Below are positions 48,588 through 59,222 of a DNA stretch of 64,000 nucleotides, piece by piece (position 1 is the stretch's first letter; each line of letters begins with the position of its first letter). Origin of the DNA: Candidatus Bathyarchaeia archaeon (lineage in GTDB: Archaea; Thermoproteota; Bathyarchaeia; TCS64); NCBI GenBank assembly GCA_050014495.1, contig JBEKDF010000001.1, positions 32,001 to 96,000 of the forward strand, written 5' to 3'. The notes below the pieces were generated by a model. That model did no database searches. It was not told where the DNA came from and saw nothing but the letters and a program-made list of their open reading frames with translations. Made by a program: the position numbers and the translations under genes.

Positions 48588-49010
48588 CTCGTTTCCTTTT
48601 CCCAGATGCTACTCTATCGGTGCAGGGACCGACATATATAGATGTGCCTTTCCCTGCTTTTTAGCAACTGTTAACCACACCCTCCAAATTTAAAGGTTTA
48701 GCCACGGCCACATTATACCCCTGAGGGCGCCTAATAGGGCTAGGATGCGCATTATTCTTTTTAATTACAGATCAGATGAGGCCATCTCCCAGTGTACAGT
48801 CGATGTGATTTAATTTGCATACACTTTCACTCTTTATCGACCAGCCACATGGTTGTATACTCGTCTACTAGCGCACGCGACTGAACTGTTAGGTATACTG
48901 ACCATGTAAACATACATCTTGTAAGATATTATGGAATAGGTGTCGAACCTAAGCCCAACTCAATAATAGTTCCCCAACACTTCGGACACTTCATGTTCAA
49001 TTAGATCAAC

Positions 49011-49937
49011 CTACAAGTACGCCTTCGATATCTTAGCCACTACTGTGTACAGTGGGTCTACTATCTGAGCTATCCTCGACTTCGAGGCTATGCTGAGGAA
49101 CATATAAGCGTCGTCCCGGGTCCAGCCGTAATCGACCACCATCCATTTGATGAGTTCACGGTAGGCTAGCCGTGCAGCGTCTTCTAAGGGTTTAGCGCTA
49201 CAGATAGTCATGATCTCTTCAGCGGACTCGACTCTGGGCCAGGCTATGGAGTAGCTCTTTCTGAGGCCGAACCTTAGCCTAACTTTAGCGGATATCTCGA
49301 TTGCTGAGCCACCGACTTCGCCGTCTCCCTGCAAAGCGTGGACGTCACCTAAGCCGAATAATGCACCAGGCTGGTTCACTGGAAGGATAAGGGTGTTACC
49401 AGGTCTAATATCAGGGCAATCCATGTTTCCGCCGTGGGAGCCTGGAGTTAGTGTATTTATGGCCTCGTAAACGGGCGAGTTACCGATAGTTCCGATGAAT
49501 GAGTCTGCTGAGATTTCTATGACCCTACCACGGTCGGTCCTGTAAAGGACCTTACCCGCTCTGATCCCACTGGTCTTCGTCCGAGGAGTCATAAGGTTGA
49601 GCCAACCCTCTAAAGAGCCGAATCCAGGATTGATCGTTGTAGTACCATTGTCGGGGAGCTCGATCCCAAGGATCTCCACTGTGAGGCTATCACCGGTCTC
49701 TGCTCCCTCGACATAAATTGGGCCTGTTATGGGATTTACTGGTACCCTTATCCCCTTCTCTGTTACCTGTGCACGGGTCTGCCCCTCCTTTACACAGCCC
49801 CCAAAGGCATCCCATGTTTCTATTTCGACTTCCTCCCCCAGCTTGACGGTGGCGATGGGTTTGTTAAAAGGGCTGAGAGTGGAGGTCCCAGAGGGCGTGA
49901 GTCTCTCGAAGGGTATCTTTGATATACTTTTAACCAT
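49011..49937 (-). CDS. Acetamidase/formamidase family protein
   Basis: Motifs NPITGPIYVEGA, HGGNMD and GDVHALQGDGE. Confidence 0.92.
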   Translation of the reverse strand: MVKSISKIPFERLTPSGTSTLSPFNKPIATVKLGEEVEIETWDAFGGCVKEGQTRAQVTEKGIRVPVNPITGPIYVEGAETGDSLTVEILGIELPDNGTTTINPGFGSLEGWLNLMTPRTKTSGIRAGKVLYRTDRGRVIEISADSFIGTIGNSPVYEAINTLTPGSHGGNMDCPDIRPGNTLILPVNQPGALFGLGDVHALQGDGEVGGSAIEISAKVRLRFGLRKSYSIAWPRVESAEEIMTICSAKPLEDAARLAYRELIKWMVVDYGWTRDDAYMFLSIASKSRIAQIVDPLYTVVAKISKAYL

Positions 49938-50065
49938 CGGAATCAATTCAAGAGGAGCTTATACTCCCTTAAATGATTGTCACGCTACGATGCTTCGGTA
50001 TAGGAAAGATTAAAAGGAGGATACATTGTCCTTTTCATAGCAGTTCAAGAAAAGGTGTAATTATA

Positions 50066-50371
50066 ATGGAGTACATGTACGCCGCTATGCTTCTCCACAG
50101 CGCTAAGAAGCCCATCACTGAGGAGTCAGTAACCGCAATCCTCAACGCCGCCGGTGTCCAAGCCGATGGTGTACGCGTCAAGGCTCTTGTCGCTGCCCTC
50201 GCAGAGGTCAACATCGACGAGGCCCTTAAAACGCCGGTCTTCTCCGCTGCCGCAGCCCCAGTCGCCGCTCCGGCTGCTGAGGTTAAGGAGGAGAAGAAGG
50301 CAGCTGTGAAGCCAAAGGTTGAGGAGAAGAAGGAAGAGGATCTTCAAGGTCTGGGCGCTCTATTCGGTTAA
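50066..50371 (+). CDS. rpl12: 50S ribosomal stalk protein P1/L12
   Basis: [11 protein letters not shown], Ala-rich hinge and C-terminal GLGALFG. Confidence 0.96.
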   Translation: MEYMYAAMLLHSAKKPITEESVTAILNAAGVQADGVRVKALVAALAEVNIDEALKTPVFSAAAAPVAAPAAEVKEEKKAAVKPKVEEKKEEDLQGLGALFG

Positions 50372-50451
50372 CCTCCTAAACCTTATTCTATTTCTTCCCC
50401 TATTCACATTTCAGTTTCCGGAGTCTGACCATGTTGCATCATTCTCCTATA

Positions 50452-52353
50452 ATGCTCACTTCTGACGAAATCCGCAGTCGATACCTCGCCTACTATATGA
50501 GGAGAGGACACATCGAGATCCCGTCATCCTCTCTTCTACCCGAAGGCGACGTGACGACCCTCTTCACGGGATCAGGCATGCAGCCTCTGATCAAGTACCT
50601 TCTTGGCGAGCCTCATCCCTACGGAAGCCGCCTAGTGGACTCACAGAAATGCTTCAGGTCAGAAGACATAGACGAGGTGGGGGACAACAGGCACACGACG
50701 TTCTTCGAGATGCTGGGTAACTGGTCGCTGGGTGACTACTTCAAGTCGGAACAGCTTCCATGGGTATTCGAGTTTCTGGTGGAGGAGTTGGGGATAGACC
50801 CGACCCGGCTCTACGTCACAGTCTTCTCCGGAGAGAAGAAGTACGGGATCCCGAAGGACGACGAGTCCGTCGAGATCTGGCGCTGCCTCTTCAAGAAGGT
50901 GGGCATTAAGGCGAAAGCCGTCCAAATCGGTGACCCCAACCGAGGAAGCGAGGTAGGTATGCGGGGCGGTAGGATATTCTACTATAATAGCATGAAGAAC
51001 TGGTGGAGCCGGGCTGGCCCACCGGAGAAGATGCCGGCCCGCGAACCCGGGGGACCCGACTCGGAGATCTTCTACGACTTCGGCACCCCCCACGACCCCA
51101 AGTATGGGACTCACTGCCACCCGAACTGCGAATGCGGTAGGTTCATGGAGATTGGGAACTCGGTGTTCATGGAGTACAAGAAGACCGACGATGGAAGATT
51201 CGAGAAGCTACCCCAGAGGAATGTTGACTTTGGAGGAGGACTTGAGAGGATAAGCGCGGCAGTCACCGGCAACGCGGACATGTTCGCGATTGATACGCTC
51301 AAGTGCCTGACCGACGCGCTCCCAGGGGGCATCGAGGCAATGCGCTCCAAGAGGATCATAGCTGACCACGTGCGCGCCGCGGCTTTCCTCATCACCGATA
51401 GCGTCGAGCCCTCGAACAAGGATCGCGGGTATATGCTCCGCAAGCTCCTGCGGAGGTCGATCGTCCATGTGAGAATGCTTGGGCGCTATGAGGGAGACGT
51501 AAACAACCTGAGTGCTGGCTCCGATGAGATCCTTGAGCGGCTCTTCGGGATCATTTGCGACGAATACGCTGGGACGTACAAGCTCGACAGGGAGAAGATA
51601 CTCGCTGTGTTCCGGGGTGAATCCCAGAAGTTCAGGAACACCTTCACCGCGGGCATGCGCCAACTGGGACGCTATGAGACCGTGGACGTGGACACGGCCT
51701 TCAAGCTCTACGAGAGCTTCGGGCTCCCATACGAAGTGATCAAGGAGTTCGGGGGAGCCAAAGCAGCCTCCCTCACCCGTGAGGCTTTCGAGGAGAGGCT
51801 CGACGTTCACAGACAGCTCTCCCGTGCTGGAGCGGAGAAAAAGTTCGGAGGGCACGGACTAATCCTCGACACGGGGGAGCTGAAGGCGAAGGATCAGGCG
51901 GAGATGGAGAAGGTGACGCGCCTGCACACCGCGACGCACCTGCTGCACGCTGCCCTCCGAGAAGTTCTCGGAGACGAGGCGAAGCAAGCGGGATCAGACA
52001 TCACCCCCGAGCGGCTACGCTTCGACTTCACCTTCCCCCGGAAGCTGACGGAAGAGGAGATCAAGAAGGTAGAGGAGATAGCCAACAGGATCGTCCAGCA
52101 GGACGTCAAGGTAGAGTGCCGCGAGATGCCTAAAAGCGAAGCGGAGAAGACCGGAGCGCTCTTCTTCTTCAAGGCAAAGTACGGGGATAAGGTAAAGGTC
52201 TACTACACGGGGGGTAGCCTCGAAGGAGCCTTCAGCAAGGAGTTCTGTGGAGGACCCCACGTCGAGCGGACTGGCAAGATAGGTAGGATCCGAATCACGA
52301 AGGAGGAGGCGGTCGCTGCCGGGGTCCGTAGAATCAGGGCGGTTGTCGATTGA
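50452..52353 (+). CDS. alaS: Alanine-tRNA ligase, short bacterial-type form lacking C-Ala
   Basis: Motifs TLFTGSGMQP, HTTFFEMLGNWS.GDYFK, VDFGGGLER, ADH, editing HTATH and FCGGPH. Ends GVRRIRAVVD. Confidence 0.94.
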   Translation: MLTSDEIRSRYLAYYMRRGHIEIPSSSLLPEGDVTTLFTGSGMQPLIKYLLGEPHPYGSRLVDSQKCFRSEDIDEVGDNRHTTFFEMLGNWSLGDYFKSEQLPWVFEFLVEELGIDPTRLYVTVFSGEKKYGIPKDDESVEIWRCLFKKVGIKAKAVQIGDPNRGSEVGMRGGRIFYYNSMKNWWSRAGPPEKMPAREPGGPDSEIFYDFGTPHDPKYGTHCHPNCECGRFMEIGNSVFMEYKKTDDGRFEKLPQRNVDFGGGLERISAAVTGNADMFAIDTLKCLTDALPGGIEAMRSKRIIADHVRAAAFLITDSVEPSNKDRGYMLRKLLRRSIVHVRMLGRYEGDVNNLSAGSDEILERLFGIICDEYAGTYKLDREKILAVFRGESQKFRNTFTAGMRQLGRYETVDVDTAFKLYESFGLPYEVIKEFGGAKAASLTREAFEERLDVHRQLSRAGAEKKFGGHGLILDTGELKAKDQAEMEKVTRLHTATHLLHAALREVLGDEAKQAGSDITPERLRFDFTFPRKLTEEEIKKVEEIANRIVQQDVKVECREMPKSEAEKTGALFFFKAKYGDKVKVYYTGGSLEGAFSKEFCGGPHVERTGKIGRIRITKEEAVAAGVRRIRAVVD

Positions 52354-52425
52354 TACAGCCCCAATTTTTCGAATAAGGATTATTCTATAACCGAAGCGCG
52401 TCAAGCCAATTTTCTAAGGGACAGA

Positions 52426-52650
52426 GTGGCGACCGACTACTTCATCGAGATCGGGAACCGCCATCGCGGGCACGAGACACTCTTTGCCTCCGTCATGTAC
52501 ATTGAATCGGAGAAGAGGATCGCCGTAAAGGTCGAGGACCCGGCAACAGGCCAAGGCCTCCACGCAGGTAAGCTCATCAAGGAGATCGCCAAGCCTATGC
52601 GTGGTAGTGGGGGAGGACAGCAGCACCTGTGCAACTCTTTTTGCTCATAA
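52426..52650 (+). pseudogene. Remnant of an AlaRS C-Ala (DHHA1) domain
   Basis: GLHAGKLIKEIAKPMRGSGGG matches the DHHA1 A..L.K......GGxGGG pattern and then terminates early. Confidence 0.65.
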
Positions 52651-52701
52651 CCTTTATTCTCGAAGCTACCCAAGGAAACAATAGAACAGAGGTTACTCCG
52701 A

Positions 52702-55617
52702 ATGGTTGACTGGAAAACACTGGAACAGAAGTGGCAGGGGCGCTGGACGGAGGCTGCAGCCTTCGAGACCGACCCCGATCAGGAGAAGCCCAAATATTAC
52801 CTGACCGTTGCATATCCGTACCCCAACTCGCCTCAGCATATTGGCCACGGCAGGACCTACACCCTGACTGACGTACACGCCCGCTACATGAGGATGAGGG
52901 GATACAATGTCCTCTTCCCCATGGCATGGCACTTCACAGGCACACCACTATTCGCTATGGTAGAGCGCCTCAAGGAGCACGACCCGAGCCTCGTCGACAC
53001 CTTCCTCAACCTCTACGGCATACCTGAGTCAAAGCTGCACGAGTTAGAGACCCCTGTCTCAATGGCGACGTACTTCGCAAACGAGATCAAGGGGGGCATG
53101 AAGAAGATCGGTTACAGCATCGACTGGCGCCGGGAATTCACAACAGTCGATCCCTACTACAGCAAATTTATAGAGTGGCAGTTCGCCAAGCTGCGCCAAA
53201 AGGGGTACATCACACAGGGTAGCCACCCAGTCGGTTGGTGTCCTCATTGTGGTAACCCAGTCGGGCAACACGACACAATCGGGGACAAGGAGCCAGAGAT
53301 CGAGGAATTCACCCTGATAAAGTTCAGGAAGGTTGACACGGTTTTCCCCGCAGCTACCCTGCGCCCTGAGACCATCTATGGCGTCACCAACATGTGGCTC
53401 AACCCCGATGCGGTCTATGTCGAGGCTAACGTTGATGGAGAGACATGGATTGTGAGCGCTGACGCTGCTAAGAAGCTCGAGATGCTAGGACATAAGGTCC
53501 AGGTCGAGACCGAGTTCCAAGGGTCCCGCCTCATCGGTCAAACATTGACGAACCCGGCAACGGGTAAAGAGATTATAATACTACCAGCGCCCTTCGTCGA
53601 CCCTAAGAATGCTACGGGTGTAGTAATGAGCGTCCCCGCACATGCTCCATTCGACTATGTTGCCCTAGAGCAGCTGAAACGCGAGGTCAAGACAAACCCA
53701 AATGCCTACAGCATCAAGCAGAGCGATATTTCACTACTTGAGCCAATCAGTGTTATTGAGCTACCCGGCTACGGCGAGTCACCCGCCATCGACATCGTCA
53801 AAAAGATGAAGATCACAGACCAGAGCAGCCCCGACCTGGAAAAGGCGACCAAGGAGATCTACAGCGACGAGTTCCATAGCGGAAAGATGAGGGGAAATAC
53901 TGGCCAGTACGTTGGCCTAAACGTACAGGCTGCGAAGGAGGCTGTCAAAAATGACCTAATCGCCAACGGAAACGCTTCGACGATGTATGAAATGATAGAA
54001 CCCGTCAAGTGTCGCTGCGGGACAGATGTCGTTGTCAAGATATTCGAGAATCAGTGGTTCATCAACTACGGCGACGAGGCGTGGAAGAAGCTAGCGCGAG
54101 AGAATATCGATGAGATGGAGATAGTTCCTCGGGAGCTGAAGCAGGAATTTTTAAATGTCGTCGACTGGCTGAAGGCGAAAGCATGTGCAAGGAAGGCAGG
54201 GATGGGTACACGTCTGCCGTGGTCACCAGACTGGATCATCGAGTCCTTATCAGACTCCACCATCTATATGGCGTACTATACAGTAATCAAGGGCATTAAT
54301 GAGGTCAAGCCAAAGCCAGAGCAGCTGACTGAGGCCTTCTGGGACTACGTCTTCCTCGGTATAGGCACGCCCATCAAGGTCGAGGCAACCACGGGAATTC
54401 CGATGGAGAAAATTGAGGAGCTGCATAATGAGTTCAGCTACTTTTACCCCTTGGACGCCCGACACAGTGGAAGGGATCTGATACCTAACCATCTGACCTT
54501 CATGATCTTTATCCACGACGCTATCTGGGGGAGAGAACTCTGGCCCCAGGGCATCTTCGTCAATGGCTCCGTCCTCATGGAGGGTGCGAAAATGAGCAAG
54601 AGCATGAACAACATCATTCCCCTAGTCAATGCCATAGACCGCTTCGGCGCTGACCCTCTGAGACTCAGCCTCATGATCACAGCGGAGCCGCTTAAGGACG
54701 CAGACTTCAGCCCAGACCTCGCTAAGAGCATGATTGGGCTACTCGAGAACCTATACATCCGCGCACAGAGAATAGTCTCAGAGAAGCAAGACAGCGACTA
54801 TGAGCTGCAGGAGATAGACCTCTGGATGCTGAGCAGGCTGCAGAGCCATATCAGCGACGCAACCGAGGCTATGCATGAACTCAAGGTCAGGAAGACGATA
54901 CATGCTGCTACCTACGATATCGAGGGAGATATGGACTGGTACCTGAAGAGAGTAGCCTTTGACAGGGAGCATGTGGAGAGGAAGAATGCGATAAGCCACG
55001 TCGAGTGGACAGTGCTAGACACGCAGGTTAGATTGCTTGCCCCTTTCACCCCTCACATTTGTGAGGAGATCTGGGAGCAAATGGGTAATGAGGGCTTCGT
55101 CGCCTTCGCGCCTTGGCCCGAGGTCGATGGAACGCTCATCAGAGAGGACGCTGAGGAGTTGGAGACCATCATTAAAACCTGCGCCGAGGATGTCTCAAAC
55201 ATTACTAAGGTTATAGGTATCAAGCCTGAGATTATCCATTTCTACACTGCCGATAATTGGAAATGGAAGATGTTAGAGAAGGCGATAGAGATGCAAGCAA
55301 AGGGCGCAGTGGATATCGGAACCCTGATCAGGGAGGCTTTCAAGGACGAGGAGATGAAGATGAAGCAGAAGGAGGTCCCAGCCTATGCTAGGACCCTAGT
55401 GGAGGAGGTCAAGAAGATGCCCGATGCCACCCTAAAGCTTCGACGCGAGATGGGCTTCGTCAATGAGACTTCACTCCTGCAAGATGCAGAAAAGTTCCTG
55501 AGGGCAGAGTTCGGCTGTGATATCACCGTCTCAGGGGAAAGCGACCCATGGATCGTTGACCCAGCGAAGAGAGCGAGCCGCGCCAAGCCATATAGACCAG
55601 CCATCTACGTTGCCTAG
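52702..55617 (+). CDS. leuS: Leucine-tRNA ligase (archaeal type)
   Basis: Motifs AYPYPN, HIGH, ATLRPET, MSVPAHAP, KMSKS and P.RPAIY. Confidence 0.96.
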   Translation: MVDWKTLEQKWQGRWTEAAAFETDPDQEKPKYYLTVAYPYPNSPQHIGHGRTYTLTDVHARYMRMRGYNVLFPMAWHFTGTPLFAMVERLKEHDPSLVDTFLNLYGIPESKLHELETPVSMATYFANEIKGGMKKIGYSIDWRREFTTVDPYYSKFIEWQFAKLRQKGYITQGSHPVGWCPHCGNPVGQHDTIGDKEPEIEEFTLIKFRKVDTVFPAATLRPETIYGVTNMWLNPDAVYVEANVDGETWIVSADAAKKLEMLGHKVQVETEFQGSRLIGQTLTNPATGKEIIILPAPFVDPKNATGVVMSVPAHAPFDYVALEQLKREVKTNPNAYSIKQSDISLLEPISVIELPGYGESPAIDIVKKMKITDQSSPDLEKATKEIYSDEFHSGKMRGNTGQYVGLNVQAAKEAVKNDLIANGNASTMYEMIEPVKCRCGTDVVVKIFENQWFINYGDEAWKKLARENIDEMEIVPRELKQEFLNVVDWLKAKACARKAGMGTRLPWSPDWIIESLSDSTIYMAYYTVIKGINEVKPKPEQLTEAFWDYVFLGIGTPIKVEATTGIPMEKIEELHNEFSYFYPLDARHSGRDLIPNHLTFMIFIHDAIWGRELWPQGIFVNGSVLMEGAKMSKSMNNIIPLVNAIDRFGADPLRLSLMITAEPLKDADFSPDLAKSMIGLLENLYIRAQRIVSEKQDSDYELQEIDLWMLSRLQSHISDATEAMHELKVRKTIHAATYDIEGDMDWYLKRVAFDREHVERKNAISHVEWTVLDTQVRLLAPFTPHICEEIWEQMGNEGFVAFAPWPEVDGTLIREDAEELETIIKTCAEDVSNITKVIGIKPEIIHFYTADNWKWKMLEKAIEMQAKGAVDIGTLIREAFKDEEMKMKQKEVPAYARTLVEEVKKMPDATLKLRREMGFVNETSLLQDAEKFLRAEFGCDITVSGESDPWIVDPAKRASRAKPYRPAIYVA

Positions 55618-55793
55618 TTTACGCGCGCGTTTCAAGTTAGATTATATTTTTTTTACTAATCGCAATTGAAATAGCATATTTTTAGGAGTCTAGAGATTTG
55701 AATTTTTTTTATGGCAACTGTTTTCTCAGTTTCTTAGCTCAATTTTTTTTGATGAGTCTGTTAAACGCATGCGAACTAGAAAACAGTACCGTC

Positions 55794-56402
55794 TTAGACG
55801 GTAGCGACTGGGACTTCTACTGGTGTAACGATGGGTGCGGCTATCAACTCGCTCTTCCTGACGCCCACGTGGCGGAGAGCTGTTACGTTCTTTGCCTGAT
55901 TGTAGACGTCGGACGCGAGCTTGCCAAGGACCATTTCGTGAGCGATCTGGTCAAAAGTGAGTGTCTTAGCCTTCTCGTCTACTATCGTCGTCATTATGGC
56001 ACGTATCTCGTGTTCCTGACTCGTCTTGATCCTGACCTGCGTCATCGCTGTGACGATGATCTTTACTTTATAGCCATCGGTTGTGGTTACACGGAATATG
56101 CCGTCCACTTTGGTGCTTCTGCGACGAACTAGACTACGTAGGTAGTCACGTAGGTACTCGTGGCCCTTGAAGATGGTAGATGCCTTGTGATCCTCGACTC
56201 CAGTTACCTGGAAATACATCTTGATGTACTCCTGGCTGAAGTCGCCTGTGATCTGTGCGAGTGTTGTCTCAAAGACGCGGCCTTTGAGGAGGGCCTCCTC
56301 CTCTGCGGGTGTCTCTCCGACCTTAGTCTCGCCGAAGTAGCGGGGTAGGATGATGTCGTACCAGTCCTTCCTACGCCATTTATCCTTGACGGCCTTAGAC
56401 AA
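55794..56402 (-). CDS. rps3ae: 30S ribosomal protein eS1 (S3Ae)
   Basis: Motifs DKW..K.WY, GRVFE and RSLVRR. Confidence 0.95.
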   Translation of the reverse strand: MSKAVKDKWRRKDWYDIILPRYFGETKVGETPAEEEALLKGRVFETTLAQITGDFSQEYIKMYFQVTGVEDHKASTIFKGHEYLRDYLRSLVRRRSTKVDGIFRVTTTDGYKVKIIVTAMTQVRIKTSQEHEIRAIMTTIVDEKAKTLTFDQIAHEMVLGKLASDVYNQAKNVTALRHVGVRKSELIAAPIVTPVEVPVATV

Positions 56403-56479
56403 GCGTTTGAGTCTCTCCTATTTTCAGCACCAAGTAACAGCTCGGCGCTAATTTATACCTTTCTCTAAAAACAGCGACA

Positions 56480-56737
56480 CTACCTGAGCCCGTCGAGTAC
56501 CTTCTCCGCTGCACCAATACAACTGAGAAGGTCATCGAGAGTCGTTATAAGGCTCCCCACCCCTTTGGGACAACGTACATTAACTGTAATTTCATTATTT
56601 ATCCGATCTATTTTGAGTTCGAGCCCCTCGGGGGCCTGATAATTATCAGGACTCACAGCCTCAGCTACAACCCTTGCGGTTTCCTCGTCGGGATACTGGA
56701 GTTTTAACTCAGCTTCCGCTCCACTTTTTGGCGACAA
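56480..56737 (-). CDS. pcc1: KEOPS subunit Pcc1
   Basis: A..V..AVSPDN...SL..TLDDLL, in the S15-DHH-Pcc1-S3Ae context. Confidence 0.88.
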   Translation of the reverse strand: MSPKSGAEAELKLQYPDEETARVVAEAVSPDNYQAPEGLELKIDRINNEITVNVRCPKGVGSLITTLDDLLSCIGAAEKVLDGLR

Positions 56738-58136
56738 GCTCGTCGACCCTCCTCATGAACTCGTCTTCAACGCCCTTGGGTATGAATGCTCCGGCGGCGT
56801 TGTCGTGCCCCCCGCCAGCGCCGTTGACCCCTATAGCCGCCTCTTGCATTATCTTACCGAGGTGGATGCCTAGGTAAGCTGTGCCCTCAGCTATTCGTGA
56901 GGATATCTTGATGGTGCCATCGTCACTGTTGGCGGCGGAGACTATAGGTTTCGTGTTCTTGAGGATGCCTTGGCCAAGTAGAATACTAGAGACGACACCA
57001 ACTATATTCTCGTCTATGTCGTTGCCAGCGCTGAGGACGTAGATGCTGTTAAGCTCTTTGACTCTGTCGCCGCCCCTGACCCAGTCTAGGTAACCACCTA
57101 TTCTGCGACGGTACTCGTCAACAGTCTGCTCTGCTTCCTTCATGGCTTCACCCCGGTCGCCCAAACAGATGCCTATGCCTAGGCTTGGGCGCCTCATACG
57201 TGCGCAGGCATTGAGGAGGCTGGAATACTCCCGTCCATCGCGGAGAGGTGTCGTCGCCTCTTCCCTCTTGAAGGTGTAGATGGTGCCGATGAGGTTGTGG
57301 ATGGTCTTTGTATCGCAGCCCTGGGCTACCATATGGCTACTGAGAGCTGAGAAGAGTTTCTTTTTCTCCTCCTCGTCGAGGTCGCTGAGGCTCCTCATCC
57401 TATCGCCAGTCTTGAGGGAAACCCCGATGTGATTGAGGAAGGCAACGCAGTTATCCTCTTTGCCACTGAGTCCGGGAATGAAGGGAGTAGTTGTATTTGA
57501 GATTGCGCGGGCTATGGGGCGAGTCTCGTGGCCATAAAAAATGAGGTCGACATCCTTAGAGAGGAGTCCAGCGGCTGTAGCCTCCTCCTCGATGAGTGTG
57601 TTGACCCCTCTGAGACTCTTCTTCTCCCCTTTGTCTTGCTGATCGCCCAGGGCTCCTACTAGGCCAAGGAGAGAGAGATCGACGTTCTTAGGGTCAAGTG
57701 TCTTAGCGAAGAAGTAGCATACCCCGGAGGCGGCAATGTCCCTGGAGCCGTCGATGCCAAATAGGAGGGGATTGATCTGGAGGACGCGTGTAGGCGCTTC
57801 TCCCATTGGCATATGATGGTCTAGGATAATCACATCTATGTTCGGTAGTTGATTACCCACCATTTCGAGGTAGCCGGAACCAAAGTCGGTGAGTATGATG
57901 AGGGATGGTTTCTCCTCTGCTAAATCCTTGAGCATCTGATTATCGAGACGTTTCTCGACCGATGTCTTGAAGGGTGCGCCTGCTCTAAGAGCGACTTTAC
58001 TCAGTATTCCACCGCTGGCGACGCCATCGGCGTCATTATGTGTGAGGATGTGGATGAATGAGCCTTGGTGGATATGTGTGTTGAAAAGTTCGGCGGCAGG
58101 TTTGAAGGAAGATAGAAATTCCTTAGTTGACTCCAT
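56709..58136 (-). CDS. RecJ-like DHH family phosphoesterase
   Basis: Motifs HNDADG, TDFGS, DHH, GD.Q and GGGH. Confidence 0.92.
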   Translation of the reverse strand: MESTKEFLSSFKPAAELFNTHIHQGSFIHILTHNDADGVASGGILSKVALRAGAPFKTSVEKRLDNQMLKDLAEEKPSLIILTDFGSGYLEMVGNQLPNIDVIILDHHMPMGEAPTRVLQINPLLFGIDGSRDIAASGVCYFFAKTLDPKNVDLSLLGLVGALGDQQDKGEKKSLRGVNTLIEEEATAAGLLSKDVDLIFYGHETRPIARAISNTTTPFIPGLSGKEDNCVAFLNHIGVSLKTGDRMRSLSDLDEEEKKKLFSALSSHMVAQGCDTKTIHNLIGTIYTFKREEATTPLRDGREYSSLLNACARMRRPSLGIGICLGDRGEAMKEAEQTVDEYRRRIGGYLDWVRGGDRVKELNSIYVLSAGNDIDENIVGVVSSILLGQGILKNTKPIVSAANSDDGTIKISSRIAEGTAYLGIHLGKIMQEAAIGVNGAGGGHDNAAGAFIPKGVEDEFMRRVDELVAKKWSGS

Positions 58137-58147
58137 GCCGGATCATA

Positions 58148-58594
58148 CTATATGGTGACGATCTCGTCCCTATAGTTCCAATCCTTCGGAAGAACGCCCT
58201 TACTCTTGTAGTATTTCGTCACTCTGTAGATCATTGATTCTGTTAAGTGTAGACCTCTCTTGTTTCCGTAATCTTTGGGGTTACGCTCCATATGGCGCTT
58301 CATCCTTGTGGCGCGGACCATCAAATTGTAGAGGTCCTCGGGTATGGTACTTGCTAGGCCAGCTTCTGTTAGTACCTTGCGTATACCGTAGCCAACGATG
58401 GGTTTCACGAGTGGAATGCCATGCTCGTCGCGGAGGGTATTTCCGATCTCGCTCTGTTTACGCCCCTCTCTAGCTAAATTGATTATAAGCGCCTTGACCT
58501 CGTCTGGCTGGTAGACCACCCAGGTTGGGGGCCTCTTGGAGACGGGCCTCTGGGAGAGGGATCGCCCCCGCATACTTGACAACTTACCGACCAT
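58148..58594 (-). CDS. rps15: 30S ribosomal protein uS15
   Basis: Motifs IG..LRD.HGIP, PEDL, KRGL and YYK. Confidence 0.95.
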   Translation of the reverse strand: MVGKLSSMRGRSLSQRPVSKRPPTWVVYQPDEVKALIINLAREGRKQSEIGNTLRDEHGIPLVKPIVGYGIRKVLTEAGLASTIPEDLYNLMVRATRMKRHMERNPKDYGNKRGLHLTESMIYRVTKYYKSKGVLPKDWNYRDEIVTI

Positions 58595-58664
58595 GTTGAT
58601 TTTCGCCTACCCGGGTGACCCGGAATGCGTCAGTGTATGAATCGGAGTGGTTTAAAAAACTTTA

Positions 58665-59222
58665 CTAAATTTTAGTAAGCCACTCAGCGAGGGCTCTGAA
58701 GGCTCTTGCACGGTGACTGATCATATTCTTTTCCTCCGCCTCCATTTCACCAAATGTTCGCCCGTCACCCTCGGTAGGTATGAAGATTGGATCGTAACCG
58801 AAACCACGGGTGCCTCGAATGTTATGGGCGATCAAGCCATCGACTATGCCACGAAAGATGTGGATACCTGATTCATCTCGGTAGGCGACTGCTGAAACAT
58901 AATGTGCCTTCCGGCTTTGCTCACCCTCCATAAGCTTGAGAATACCTGGGTTGCCAAGGCGTTTGAGGACGTAGTTACTGTATGGGCCAGGAAATCCATC
59001 AAAGCGGTCGATCGAGACGCCTGCGTCCTCAACACAGATGGGTAGGTTCTCCTTGACTATACTGAGACTATAAGCAGCGATGTCAGCGGGATCGTCCGCT
59101 TGTATCTCTACTCTTTCCAGGGGATAGTGTTCGAGGGTAATTCCGTAAGGGGAGAGAATCTCAGCGGCCTCTTCGACCTTGTGACTGTTGCGGGTAGCAA
59201 ACCAGATCTTAATCTTTGTCAA
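58665..59222 (-). CDS. Non-canonical purine NTP pyrophosphatase (RdgB/HAM1)
   Basis: Motifs ATRN..K, EDAG, PGPYS, FGYDPIF and SHR. Confidence 0.93.
   Translation of the reverse strand: MTKIKIWFATRNSHKVEEAAEILSPYGITLEHYPLERVEIQADDPADIAAYSLSIVKENLPICVEDAGVSIDRFDGFPGPYSNYVLKRLGNPGILKLMEGEQSRKAHYVSAVAYRDESGIHIFRGIVDGLIAHNIRGTRGFGYDPIFIPTEGDGRTFGEMEAEEKNMISHRARAFRALAEWLTKI

Noticed and set aside
48588..49010. RNA gene or mobile element in the spacer upstream of rps19e
   Set aside because: Only short weak palindromes, with no SRP, RNase P or tRNA signature, terminal repeats or ORF.
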